In this document: one piece after another, positions 17,556 through 26,462 of the stretch
Position numbering within the stretch: the first letter of the stretch is position 1
Layout: every line of letters begins with the position of its first letter
Origin: a virus
Lineage: Duplodnaviria > Caudoviricetes
Virus record (IMG/VR): IMGVR_UViG_3300038321_000080
Span: 1 to 51,695 of that record
Length of the DNA: 51,695 nucleotides
Strand: one strand, 5' to 3'
Translations under genes and position numbers: made by a program
The notes under the pieces: model-generated
Told to the model about the DNA's origin: nothing
Databases searched by the model: none
The model's input: only the letters and a program-made list of their open reading frames with translations

Positions 17556-17774
17556 TTACGCGACATTCTGGTTAAAAAAAATATTACTTGCCTCTTGGAT
17601 GTTTAATTCTAAAACCTTGCATATTAAATTAGCTTCTTTAATTGTAAAAGTTTCTCCGTTATTACTCATCTTTCTATATAAAGTACTCCTGTCTATGCCG
17701 ATTTTTTCTGCTAATTTTTCTACGCTTAATTCCTTTTCTACAATTTTTCCCTTTAGTTTATTTATGTTCACCAT
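17556..17774 (-). CDS. Cro-like HTH repressor
   Basis: XRE HTH, divergent from cI. Confidence 0.88.
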   Translation of the reverse strand: MVNINKLKGKIVEKELSVEKLAEKIGIDRSTLYRKMSNNGETFTIKEANLICKVLELNIQEASNIFFNQNVA

Positions 17775-17789
17775 TTTGCCACCTCCTTT

Positions 17790-17930
17790 TTACGATGTTG
17801 CATGTAGTGCGATTATCTTTATTATACATTAGCTATTTTATAAAGTCAAGACTATTTTCGCATTATATTAGACTGTTTTTATATTTTTAAATATTTGTGT
17901 TGCATATATGCGATAATTGTTATATAATAA
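17790..17930. promoter_or_regulatory. Lysis/lysogeny switch: divergent promoters and operators
   Basis: Minus TTGACT-17-TATAAT (17849..17821); plus TTGCAT-17-TATAAT (17900..17928); TGTTGC-N5/6-TGCGA at 17796 and 17898, with a related site at 17549. Confidence 0.8.
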
Positions 17931-17952
17931 AAAATAGAAGGAGGTGACAAAA

Positions 17953-18537
17953 TTGACAATTGGTGAAAGAATTAAATTAAGAAGACAAGAACTAGGTATG
18001 TCGGTAGATGACTTGGCTTCAAAATTAGGCAAAAACAGAGCTACTGTATATAGGTACGAAAGTGATGAAATAGAAAACTTGCCAATAAGCGTAGTAGAAC
18101 CTTTAGCACAAATACTGAATGTATCACCTGCATATTTGATGGGGTGGAAAAATGAAAAAAGAGAATCTCAACCAATTCCACTTGTAGGCAATATCGCGGC
18201 TGGAACTCCGATATTGGCAGAGCAAAACATAGAGGATTACTTCAATTTAGATACTTCTATGCATGCAGATTTTGCCTTGAGAATCAAAGGAGATTCAATG
18301 GTGGGAGCTGGCATCTTTCCAAACGATATTGTGTTTATAAAAAAACAGCCCTGCATTGAAAACGGAGAGATAGGAGCAATTCTTATAGAAAATGAAGCTA
18401 CTCTCAAAAAATTTTATAAAGAAGGCAACACAATAGTATTACAACCTGAAAACGACATATATAAACCCATTATCCTCACAAATGGGAATGTAAAAATATT
18501 AGGTAAGTTAGTAGCGGTACTAAATATCATTAGATAA
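17953..18537 (+). CDS. CI-like repressor (HTH plus LexA/S24 peptidase)
   Basis: HTH; AAG cleavage site, GDSM, ATLKK; TTG start after GGAGGTG. Confidence 0.93.
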   Translation: MTIGERIKLRRQELGMSVDDLASKLGKNRATVYRYESDEIENLPISVVEPLAQILNVSPAYLMGWKNEKRESQPIPLVGNIAAGTPILAEQNIEDYFNLDTSMHADFALRIKGDSMVGAGIFPNDIVFIKKQPCIENGEIGAILIENEATLKKFYKEGNTIVLQPENDIYKPIILTNGNVKILGKLVAVLNIIR

Positions 18538-18596
18538 AAGAGAGGGGTACAACGGCCGAGTACCTCTCTTAAATATGCTTTAAAGGGGGACTTGCA

Positions 18597-19385
18597 TTGC
18601 TTAGCATAATTGGTGTGTCACTTTTTATTCTCGGTGCTGTAGGATTTATTATGGCGTTGTTTGAATTTGACCTTACGATTATAGCATTAACATTTATAAC
18701 AATCCTTATATCTGTTTATTTAATGAAAGAATCTAGAAATAATAGAAAAAGTATCAAAATGGATATCAAAGAAGAAGTTCCTGAAGAGAAATCTAATAGT
18801 TCATTGAAAAGTACAATTGATATTCAATCTCCAGGGCCGCCTATTACTTTGAATACAAAAGCATCTTCTAGATGCAATATGGAAGATGAATTGTTGAAAG
18901 TTGATGACAAAAACGATAAACCAGAAGAAAATAATGAAAAAACATATAAAACATATACTTTTAAAGTAACTGGAATTTCGAAGAAAAACGATAAGGGAGA
19001 GAGTATACAGCAAAACATCAAGCAACTTGTAAAAGACTATATAGATGATGGAGGTATAAGATATGATGGTTTATCTAACAAAGAAATATTAGATAATAAT
19101 TACGATGCATATGAGGTCTATATTTATGGGTTCAATGAAATATCTTTAGTTCCAGAAGTAGATAACCAATATGATTCTAATGCTATAAAAGTAATACACA
19201 GCGAAATAGGCCATATAGGTTATGTTCCAAAAGAATCAAATAAAAAGGTTAAAGAACTTTTAGATAATAATTGTTCGATAAACTGGGAGTTAATAGGCGG
19301 TAAGATTAAATATGTTGATTGGGACGAATATAAGGTAAAGACAAAAACGCTAACCTATGGAGTGAAAATAGAATTGATTTATTAA
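18597..19385 (+). CDS. Membrane-anchored HIRAN-domain protein
   Basis: Two N-terminal TM segments; KVTG...EVDNQYDSNAIKV...IGYVP. Confidence 0.8.
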   Translation: MLSIIGVSLFILGAVGFIMALFEFDLTIIALTFITILISVYLMKESRNNRKSIKMDIKEEVPEEKSNSSLKSTIDIQSPGPPITLNTKASSRCNMEDELLKVDDKNDKPEENNEKTYKTYTFKVTGISKKNDKGESIQQNIKQLVKDYIDDGGIRYDGLSNKEILDNNYDAYEVYIYGFNEISLVPEVDNQYDSNAIKVIHSEIGHIGYVPKESNKKVKELLDNNCSINWELIGGKIKYVDWDEYKVKTKTLTYGVKIELIY

Positions 19386-19391
19386 AAAATA

Positions 19392-19425
19392 ATAGAGAGG
19401 CGTTTAACTTCTATGCCTCTCTATT
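19392..19425 (+). terminator. Hairpin/terminator between HIRAN gene and integrase
   Basis: ATAGAGAGGCG...TGCCTCTCTAT inverted repeat. Confidence 0.55.
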
Positions 19426-19543
19426 ATCCAAAATTAAGTTTCTAATTAATATAGCACACACCTTTATTAAAAACTAGTAGAAGCATTACAAGTTACACCT
19501 GTATACTTGTTTGAAAAATTATTAAAAACGAAGGAGGAGAAAG

Positions 19544-20629
19544 ATGGAATATAAGGTGTCTTACAGGGAAAAAGATGGCGGGGTACAAGCAATTATAAAT
19601 TACAAAGATGGCGATAAGTGGAGACAAAAAGCTAAACAAGGATTTAGAATACAAAAAGATGCTAAGCCTTGGATAGATAAAACGCTAAAAGAATTAAAAG
19701 AAACCGTAACTGTTGTGGAAGAGTTTAGGGGCATCACATTCGGAAAATTTAAAGAAATATTTCTAAAAGACAAGCAGAGGGAAGCTGCTTATAATTCGAT
19801 TAAATTTTATAAAAGAACTTTTGCAAAATTTAAAGATTTAGATAATATTCCTTTAACTGATGTTGGTTATATAAATATAAAACCATGTGTTGACAAAATG
19901 ATTGATGAAGGTTTAAAAAATTCTACAATAAAAGATTACTTAGCTAAATTAAGGACCGTCTTCAATCACGCTATTGATAATTACGAAATCATAACCACCA
20001 ACCCCGTTAATATTAAAAAATACAAGTTACCTATTCAGATAGATGACGCAGAGGAAAAAGTTAAAGCTTTGAATGAAAACGAAGTAGATGACCTATTGTC
20101 TAGGTTGAAGGGCAGGGATTATTTTATATGCCTAATAGCAGTAAAGTGCGGTTTGCGACTTGGCGAAATAAACGGTATTGTAGACGGCATAAACGGTGCA
20201 ATAGATTTTAAAAATGGAGAATTGCACGTAAAACAGCAGTGGAAAGAGCTTGAGAAAGGGAAATACGGGCTAGGTTCTCTTAAAACTAAAAATTCTTACA
20301 GAACTGTCCCAATTCCTAAAAAATATATACCAAAATTAGAAAAGTATACTCAAACTTGTGTAAAGGATTTGAATAATAGAATCTTTATTGACAACACAAA
20401 TAATAGGACAGGAGAAAGGCTTAGAAGGAAATTCAACAGATGGGGTTACGATATTTCTGTTCACAATTTAAGACATACTTACGCTACTACTTTGCTGTCA
20501 AATGGATTGGATTTTGAGACTGTAGCCGAACTTATGGGTGACACCGTTGAAATGGTAATAAGAACTTATTCTCATGTAATTGACGATATGCGTAAAAATG
20601 CTAAAACGAGGATAGATAATATTTTATAA
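19544..20629 (+). CDS. int: Tyrosine integrase
   Basis: GLRLGE, LKT, HNLRHTYAT, catalytic Y in TYSH; N-terminal arm-binding domain. Confidence 0.95.
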   Translation: MEYKVSYREKDGGVQAIINYKDGDKWRQKAKQGFRIQKDAKPWIDKTLKELKETVTVVEEFRGITFGKFKEIFLKDKQREAAYNSIKFYKRTFAKFKDLDNIPLTDVGYINIKPCVDKMIDEGLKNSTIKDYLAKLRTVFNHAIDNYEIITTNPVNIKKYKLPIQIDDAEEKVKALNENEVDDLLSRLKGRDYFICLIAVKCGLRLGEINGIVDGINGAIDFKNGELHVKQQWKELEKGKYGLGSLKTKNSYRTVPIPKKYIPKLEKYTQTCVKDLNNRIFIDNTNNRTGERLRRKFNRWGYDISVHNLRHTYATTLLSNGLDFETVAELMGDTVEMVIRTYSHVIDDMRKNAKTRIDNIL

Positions 20630-20633
20630 AGAT

Positions 20634-20864
20634 TTTTTTGCCGTTTCGTCTGCCGTTTTTATAATAAACGCGATGATTCCATCGATTGAATGTTCTTTTA
20701 TTGATATCCGCCATATATGCAAATTTGGCTAAAAACCAAAAATGTTTTATATCGTTTTACATCAAGTTAAGTAAAATAGCCATTTGTAAAATAATTATAT
20801 CTTTATAAAAATATTATTTAAACCATTTTAACAAATATTATTTTGCCGTTTTTCTGACGTCAGA
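20634..20864. other. Putative attP
   Basis: Paired arm-type repeats TGCCGTTT at 20639/20651 and 20844/20856 (second is variant TGACGTCA), 12-bp period, directly downstream of int. Confidence 0.75.
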
Positions 20865-20898
20865 AAAAAAGAGAGTCTTTAACTAGATTCTCTTTTTT
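20864..20898. terminator. Bidirectional terminator
   Basis: AAAAAAAGAGAGTCT...AGATTCTCTTTTTT. Confidence 0.75.
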
Positions 20899-21202
20899 AA
20901 TATAATAACAAGTTAAAGCCTGCCAAATTAATTCCACTTAAAATTACCCCTACTAAAGCAATCCATTTAAAATATTTTATCCTGAACCTTATAGCTAATA
21001 AAAATATTCCTACCATACATAAAAATAATATAAGCTCTCTCGGATAAAATGAAACAACGATTGGAAAATTATGTACATTAAACACAAACAATAAAACTGT
21101 AGATGTAATTCCTAAGATAATAGAAAGTGAAACTATTATTTTTATAATTCTTTCTAATATGGACTTAGTTTTCTCCAATTTTACCACCTCTTCCTTTAAC
21201 AT
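20897..21202 (-). CDS. Small multi-pass membrane protein
   Basis: Three hydrophobic segments; adjacent to attP. Confidence 0.7.
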   Translation of the reverse strand: MLKEEVVKLEKTKSILERIIKIIVSLSIILGITSTVLLFVFNVHNFPIVVSFYPRELILFLCMVGIFLLAIRFRIKYFKWIALVGVILSGINLAGFNLLLY

Positions 21203-21227
21203 TCCACTTAAAGTTAAAATATCCTTC

Positions 21228-21321
21228 TAAAATATTATATATGTATTTTTAAGCTCGTTGTGGCTCGTTACAGTCATTTTATGTATGCACTATACTAATT
21301 ATATTAATGCATATATTAAAG
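21228..21321. repeat. Degenerate hairpin-forming direct repeat, copy A
   Basis: Shares collinear blocks with 31392..31483. Confidence 0.7.
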
Positions 21322-21413
21322 CTTGTCCTACGTAGAATATAGGGGTAGGATATGTTGCAAAAAGAAAAATGGCTAAATAGTTCTAGCCTTTAAATAATTT
21401 TGGTATTTTTCAT

Positions 21414-21824
21414 TTATTTTAATTTTACTTTGTATAAAAAATCTATTATGTTTTCATAGTTATCGAATTTCTTTATCATATCTCTATAGGTCATGGTTTT
21501 AATTAATCTTTTTATGCTTTCTTTTCGACTGTGCAATTGTACTATTCTACCTCCTACCTTATACGATGTTTTATTCGTAATACATCTAGCTGTATCTATT
21601 ATATCCCATGCATTATCTAATTCATTTATTATTCTGTTTATATGCTTAATATAAGTATCAAAGTTTTTTAATATAGGGTCAACTTCTTCATGTGACGGGT
21701 CCTCTGGGTCATGGTTTACTAAGAAATTCGATTTTTCTAGCAAATCATCTGTTATTTCATTTAATTCTTTTTTAATGTCGTTCGCCCATTTAATTTGTCT
21801 TTCCGTTCCTTTTAAATTTTTCAT
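21414..21824 (-). CDS. Hypothetical protein with LxGTxRQIxWA motif
   Basis: MKNLKGTERQIKWANDIK; start trimmed. Confidence 0.75.
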   Translation of the reverse strand: MKNLKGTERQIKWANDIKKELNEITDDLLEKSNFLVNHDPEDPSHEEVDPILKNFDTYIKHINRIINELDNAWDIIDTARCITNKTSYKVGGRIVQLHSRKESIKRLIKTMTYRDMIKKFDNYENIIDFLYKVKLK

Positions 21825-21846
21825 CTTTTCCTCTCCTCTCAAATTA

Positions 21847-22395
21847 TTAATATTCCCAATCCTTGCATAAGTTGTTATCGTTTGTGTCAGGGATATTCCA
21901 ATAAGCTCTACATTCAGGAATATGAACTACCCAGTTGTTGCCTATTTTTTTTGTGTTTAAAAGTCTTTCTTGTTGACAAGCCTGTTTTACAGCACTTTCC
22001 GTTAGCCCTAGGTTTTCAACAATATATTTTATCCCAACCATTCCGTTTGTCATGAAAAGAGTTCTTTTTAATACTTCTGTGTTTAATTCTTTTTCTAAAT
22101 CCGAAAAATTTCTTTGTGGTTCTAGTCCGAATCTTAAATTCTTAATTTCGCTATTGTTTATATCATCTTCTAATTGCAAAACTGCATTTAATAAATATTC
22201 ATTCTTACAGTATTTTTCAATGTTCCTTCTAAGGTTTTTTACTGCTTCTTCGTAAGTTATTGTAAACTTGCTACCTTTTAAAATTCTGTCCATATCCCAA
22301 AGCGTAGAACATTTTAAGTTTGTATTCTTCTCTACCCATCTCACGCAAAGAACTTGTAATTTAACCATTTCCTTAATTAACCCTTTATTCTCCAT
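21847..22395 (-). CDS. C-terminal winged-HTH DNA-binding protein
   Basis: LGLTESAVKQACQQERL..TKKIGNNWVV. Confidence 0.7.
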   Translation of the reverse strand: MENKGLIKEMVKLQVLCVRWVEKNTNLKCSTLWDMDRILKGSKFTITYEEAVKNLRRNIEKYCKNEYLLNAVLQLEDDINNSEIKNLRFGLEPQRNFSDLEKELNTEVLKRTLFMTNGMVGIKYIVENLGLTESAVKQACQQERLLNTKKIGNNWVVHIPECRAYWNIPDTNDNNLCKDWEY

Positions 22396-22412
22396 TGCAA
22401 TCCCCTTTCTTT

Positions 22413-22470
22413 ATAGTCGTTATCGACTATCTGTTACTTATATTATAGTCGGTACCGACTATAAAGTCAA
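22413..22470 (-). promoter_or_regulatory. Sigma-A promoter with two palindromic operators
   Basis: TTGACT-17-TATAAT (22470..22442); perfect 22-bp palindrome TTATAGTCGGTACCGACTATAA (22443-22464); ATAGTCGTTATCGACTAT (22413-22430). Confidence 0.85.
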
Positions 22471-22502
22471 CACTTTATATAAATATTTTAAATTTTCTAA
22501 AA

Positions 22503-22534
22503 CAAAAGACTTGGTGTAAATACCAAGTCTTTTG
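22503..22534. terminator. Intrinsic terminator ending the SNF2-IbrAB operon
   Basis: CAAAAGACTTGGT-GTAAAT-ACCAAGTCTTTTG. Confidence 0.8.
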
Positions 22535-22550
22535 AATGAATCTATCGTCA

Positions 22551-22742
22551 TTACTTATATAAGTCCTCTATTTTCACTTTTAAATATTCAGCTACCTTCT
22601 GTAAGGTGCCAACTTTAGTATCGGATAAATCCTCTCTATTTACTAACTCGTGAGCAGTTTTATAATACATTCCTAAATCTGTAGCAAATTTATTTATTGA
22701 TATATCTCTTTCTTCCAATAAAGCCTTAATGTTATTTTTCAT
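22551..22742 (-). CDS. Cro/C1-type HTH protein
   Basis: XRE HTH pattern. Confidence 0.85.
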   Translation of the reverse strand: MKNNIKALLEERDISINKFATDLGMYYKTAHELVNREDLSDTKVGTLQKVAEYLKVKIEDLYK

Positions 22743-22751
22743 AGCGCCCTC

Positions 22752-23270
22752 CTATTTGATCCTGCAATTTATTTCTGAGTAATTTACCATATCATTCGTG
22801 GTATAGTTAAACATTATTTCTGTCATGACTTTTTTATATTTTTCGACATTGAAATCTTCTTTTAATTGGTCCTCAATGTTCTTTTTTAATCTCCTGGAGT
22901 ATTCTGTACTAAGTCCTACATACCTCATGGCTTTAATTTCTCCTGTTGCAGTATCGATTAAAGCAATATTACAAGCATAGCCTTGCCCTTCTTCTAGGTC
23001 CTGTAATTTAGTTAAGCTTTTGGATAATGCTACGTGGTAAGGAGCCTCCATCCACGGCATACTCCCAAACTTACAAAGTAGAAATATAACATTTTCTTTT
23101 GTAAACATACCAAATTGAAGTTTCCCTTTTCTTATATCGTCTATTTCTTCTTTTGTAGGATTTTTGAATAGTAATGATAACGTAGCTCCATCATCCGCCA
23201 TATTAAACCTAACACCTTGTTGAGAACCTTTTAATTCCTCTATTACTTGACCTACTTCATATTTATACAT
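22752..23270 (-). CDS. Hypothetical protein
   Basis: ORF with GGAGG RBS, in operon. Confidence 0.8.
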   Translation of the reverse strand: MYKYEVGQVIEELKGSQQGVRFNMADDGATLSLLFKNPTKEEIDDIRKGKLQFGMFTKENVIFLLCKFGSMPWMEAPYHVALSKSLTKLQDLEEGQGYACNIALIDTATGEIKAMRYVGLSTEYSRRLKKNIEDQLKEDFNVEKYKKVMTEIMFNYTTNDMVNYSEINCRIK

Positions 23271-23281
23271 ATTTACCCCTC

Positions 23282-23926
23282 CTATTTTACGTTTAATTTA
23301 CCTTCTTGAATCCTTTTTATCAAAACAGAAAGCCTTTTATGGTTAAGTTCTGTACCTACGAACTTTTTACCATACATATTGGAATAGTATCCTACAAGGC
23401 CCTGCCCCATACACAAGTCCCCAATGTACTCATATTCAATATTCTTGCATACCCATTCTATGATGTGCTGTTCGTCCATTCCGTCTAGCTTATAGTTTCT
23501 TCTTTTGCTAGAGCCCTGAATTACATAGCATAGTTTATCTTTAGAATGATAATAAGTGCTATTGTAGAAAGTTACATATTTAAATATTTTTCTCATTTGA
23601 ATAATAAAATCTGCTAAATGTTCTTTTCCTACTTCCACAAAACACATTTTAGGATTGATATCTTTTATTACAGTAAATAACCTTGTATAAAATTCTTTAA
23701 AGCTTTCTATTCTCTCCTCTTGTTCAGCTTTAAGATAAAACGTATTAAGATTTCCTAAATTCCACGGTGGATCTATAAACAACACATCTGACTTATACAT
23801 AAATTCAGGAGTTTTATTATAAATGTTATGGACTTGGATTATGCTGCCATCTTCAAATATATAAGGCCTACCTTCTTCTAAAGGGTATTCTTTATATATG
23901 TCGCCATAATTATATTTCACTCTCAT
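23282..23926 (-). CDS. Amino-methyltransferase-like protein (beta order)
   Basis: FIDPPW motif IV precedes DLCMGQG motif I and GTELN motif II. Confidence 0.8.
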   Translation of the reverse strand: MRVKYNYGDIYKEYPLEEGRPYIFEDGSIIQVHNIYNKTPEFMYKSDVLFIDPPWNLGNLNTFYLKAEQEERIESFKEFYTRLFTVIKDINPKMCFVEVGKEHLADFIIQMRKIFKYVTFYNSTYYHSKDKLCYVIQGSSKRRNYKLDGMDEQHIIEWVCKNIEYEYIGDLCMGQGLVGYYSNMYGKKFVGTELNHKRLSVLIKRIQEGKLNVK

Positions 23927-24500
23927 CTACCTCCTGCATCTCCCACCCTTTCGAATAGGTTTGGTTTCTAAACAAATAGGCTATACCTGTAACTTGTTTA
24001 AGTCTAAACACTTCTTCTAGTTCCATTCCCAAATGTTCAGCTATTTCTTCATCATCTGCTCCTTGGTCGAATAAAGCTTTTACTAAATCTCCCATTAGTT
24101 CTACTTGGTGAACACCTCTGGCCCTATTAAATTGTACTGTAGCACTCATTCTTTGCTTAGCATCTTGTTCTAGTACAACTATAGGCATTTCCTTGCATCC
24201 TAACCAATCAGCAAGAATTGTGTACCTGTGAAATCCATCCACTATAACAAACTTTTCTATTTCATCATCCCACACGGTTACTATAGCAAAGGCAAAGCCA
24301 TTGTCTACTATTGAAGTTTTCAACAATTCCATATTCTGCTTATCTACATGATTAGGATTATAATTGTTTGCAGCTACAAGTTCCGTAGGCACCAGTATAG
24401 GACAAAATACTGGTAGTGATAGTATTTCGCCATTTTTCATTTTTATTTTTGGAGCATCTGGTATTTCAAAAACTCCATATTCAGTTTCTATTCTTCTCAT
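23910..24500 (-). CDS. ParB/Srx-domain protein, IbrB/YbdM-like
   Basis: ANNYNPNHV...SI..NGF..IV...IVDGFHR...RMSATVQFNRARGVH; start trimmed to MRRIET. Confidence 0.9.
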   Translation of the reverse strand: MRRIETEYGVFEIPDAPKIKMKNGEILSLPVFCPILVPTELVAANNYNPNHVDKQNMELLKTSIVDNGFAFAIVTVWDDEIEKFVIVDGFHRYTILADWLGCKEMPIVVLEQDAKQRMSATVQFNRARGVHQVELMGDLVKALFDQGADDEEIAEHLGMELEEVFRLKQVTGIAYLFRNQTYSKGWEMQEVDESEI

Positions 24501-25624
24501 AGTATTTCCCTCCATTTCCGTAATGTCTTTTCTCTCGGGTCCTCTTTATTGTCTACTGGTAGATTGTTTTCATAATCATTTAATATTAGTTGTCTACATT
24601 GCTGCCTAGCTACATAGTTATTATCTAAGTGTCTTGCAAATCTTTTTTCAAATATCCATTTTTTTGATTCATCTGGATATGTTTTAAGCAGAAAATCTCT
24701 ATATTCTCTCCAACTTTTATAGTTCTTAGGTAATTTTCTTACCTTTAACATTTTGCTATCTTTCCCATAAAGCTTTCCAATACTTATTCCCTTAATTCTT
24801 TTAAGTAGTTTATCGTAAGTTTTAGGTTCAAACTCTGGCAAATCTACTAAAGCCTTAAAAGATTTCTCATGGATAAGACTGGATACTCTTATTTCTTGTA
24901 GTCCCATTCCCTTCTTATGCTGGTAGTCATATATCTTGCTGTATTTTAAATCATTATCGTAAATATATTTCCATATATCGTGGAAGTTCCAGTCATACAA
25001 AGGATAAGCATTAACGCTGCCATTTCCTATGTCGGTGGTCCAACACCAGTCTTTATGCCCTGGATGTGAAGATACAGCTTTCCATCTATGAGGGCTTTCT
25101 GTAGCTCTTAATCCTATACAAAAGCAAGTGTTAGGTCTACTTCTCTGGAAGTTTTCAAGCGCATCATAGAATCCAAAACCTTTATTTTTATCTCTTACTG
25201 TTTCCGTTTCCTTTGGCCAAGGTTTATATTGTATCGAATCTGGTCTCTTGGACCTCATCCAAATATCAGACTTCCCTCTCTCCCAACATATAAGCTGTCC
25301 ATCTTCAAAGGAAGTTGCATTTGTTAAGTTAAACTCAATTTGATACCATAACTTAATGGTGTTTTCAGGATACATATTCATAATGTAATCTACTTGTTTA
25401 ACCGTGCTGTCATAGACTACTTCCTCGTCTAGGAAGAATATTCCTATCCTTCTGTCTCTTCTCCTTGCCTCCTGTAGCACTAGATGCGCCAATACAGTAC
25501 TATCCTTTCCTCCGCTAATGGATACACAAATATTTTCAAAGTCATCGAATATTTTCGATATCCTCTCTTTTGCACATTCTAAAACTGTCTTATTTATATA
25601 AATTTGCTTGAGCATAAAAGGCAT
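24497..25624 (-). CDS. PAPS-reductase-like PP-loop protein, IbrA/YbdN-like
   Basis: SISGGKDS PP-loop, GLRATES..R, YPLYDW...DIW. Confidence 0.9.
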   Translation of the reverse strand: MPFMLKQIYINKTVLECAKERISKIFDDFENICVSISGGKDSTVLAHLVLQEARRRDRRIGIFFLDEEVVYDSTVKQVDYIMNMYPENTIKLWYQIEFNLTNATSFEDGQLICWERGKSDIWMRSKRPDSIQYKPWPKETETVRDKNKGFGFYDALENFQRSRPNTCFCIGLRATESPHRWKAVSSHPGHKDWCWTTDIGNGSVNAYPLYDWNFHDIWKYIYDNDLKYSKIYDYQHKKGMGLQEIRVSSLIHEKSFKALVDLPEFEPKTYDKLLKRIKGISIGKLYGKDSKMLKVRKLPKNYKSWREYRDFLLKTYPDESKKWIFEKRFARHLDNNYVARQQCRQLILNDYENNLPVDNKEDPREKTLRKWREIL

Positions 25625-26462
25625 CTAACCTCGCTTTCCACTTCGTAAAATCCGTTACTATAAAATTATCTATAGATAAATCTGTAGCTACATATGTTAT
25701 CTTAGACATCTTGTTATTAATAAGAAAATCAATAAACTGTATCCTACTATAATGCGTATCTAATACTATATAGTTCTTCCCTTTTTCGTAGTTATTGTAG
25801 GAATATACATTATCTAACTTAAATCTTTGATTTCTAGCAATGTATATTTTATCTTCTTCAATTGCTGTCCTCTTAAAATCTCCTGCTAATAGCTGTAACT
25901 TTCTAGGTATAGTATTAGGGTCCTTGTTCCCTATGTTATTAAAAAGCTTTTCTTTTTGTTTTTCGTATTTTCCCTTTTGCTTTTCTGTTATAGAAACGTT
26001 TATAATGTTCATCTTAACTACCTTTGGATTAATCAATATATCCTCAGATTGCAGTATTTTATAGTCAAATTTATCTACATGCTTACTAGCTTTCTCAAAT
26101 TTCATTAGAATCATAAAATCATTTTTATCGTTTACAAACGGAAAAGTAGAAAATATAATCCTATGTTCTGTTTGATTTAGAAATATTGTTGCACAATTGT
26201 ATTTTAGGTCCTGCAAATTTGTAGTTCTAAATACTTCATCTACTATAACTAATGTATCTTTGTCTATCTTTTCTATTAGAGGATAAAAAGTTCTGTACAT
26301 TTCCCATTCGTTATATTCTACATACTCAGCATCAATAGAAAACTTATATCTTGTATCATGTTGCTTTGTATTTAATACGATTACTTGTTTGATATTGTTT
26401 TCTTCGATATATTTATTTACTATTTCTTGTTTTTGTCTTGGTCCAAATCCAATTCTAAGCAC
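25590..26462 (-). CDS. Degenerate SNF2/SF2-like protein
   Basis: LVIVDE Walker B-like motif, no Walker A; segment ITEKQKGKYEKQKEKL parallels LTEWQYHHYENVKDSL of the neighbour. Confidence 0.6.
   Translation of the reverse strand: MLRIGFGPRQKQEIVNKYIEENNIKQVIVLNTKQHDTRYKFSIDAEYVEYNEWEMYRTFYPLIEKIDKDTLVIVDEVFRTTNLQDLKYNCATIFLNQTEHRIIFSTFPFVNDKNDFMILMKFEKASKHVDKFDYKILQSEDILINPKVVKMNIINVSITEKQKGKYEKQKEKLFNNIGNKDPNTIPRKLQLLAGDFKRTAIEEDKIYIARNQRFKLDNVYSYNNYEKGKNYIVLDTHYSRIQFIDFLINNKMSKITYVATDLSIDNFIVTDFTKWKARLDAFYAQANLYK

Noticed and set aside
24497-25624. Sulfate-assimilation CysH or a complete Dnd system
   Set aside because: No cys or dndA/B/D/E neighbours; motifs and the ParB partner match the IbrA/YbdN type
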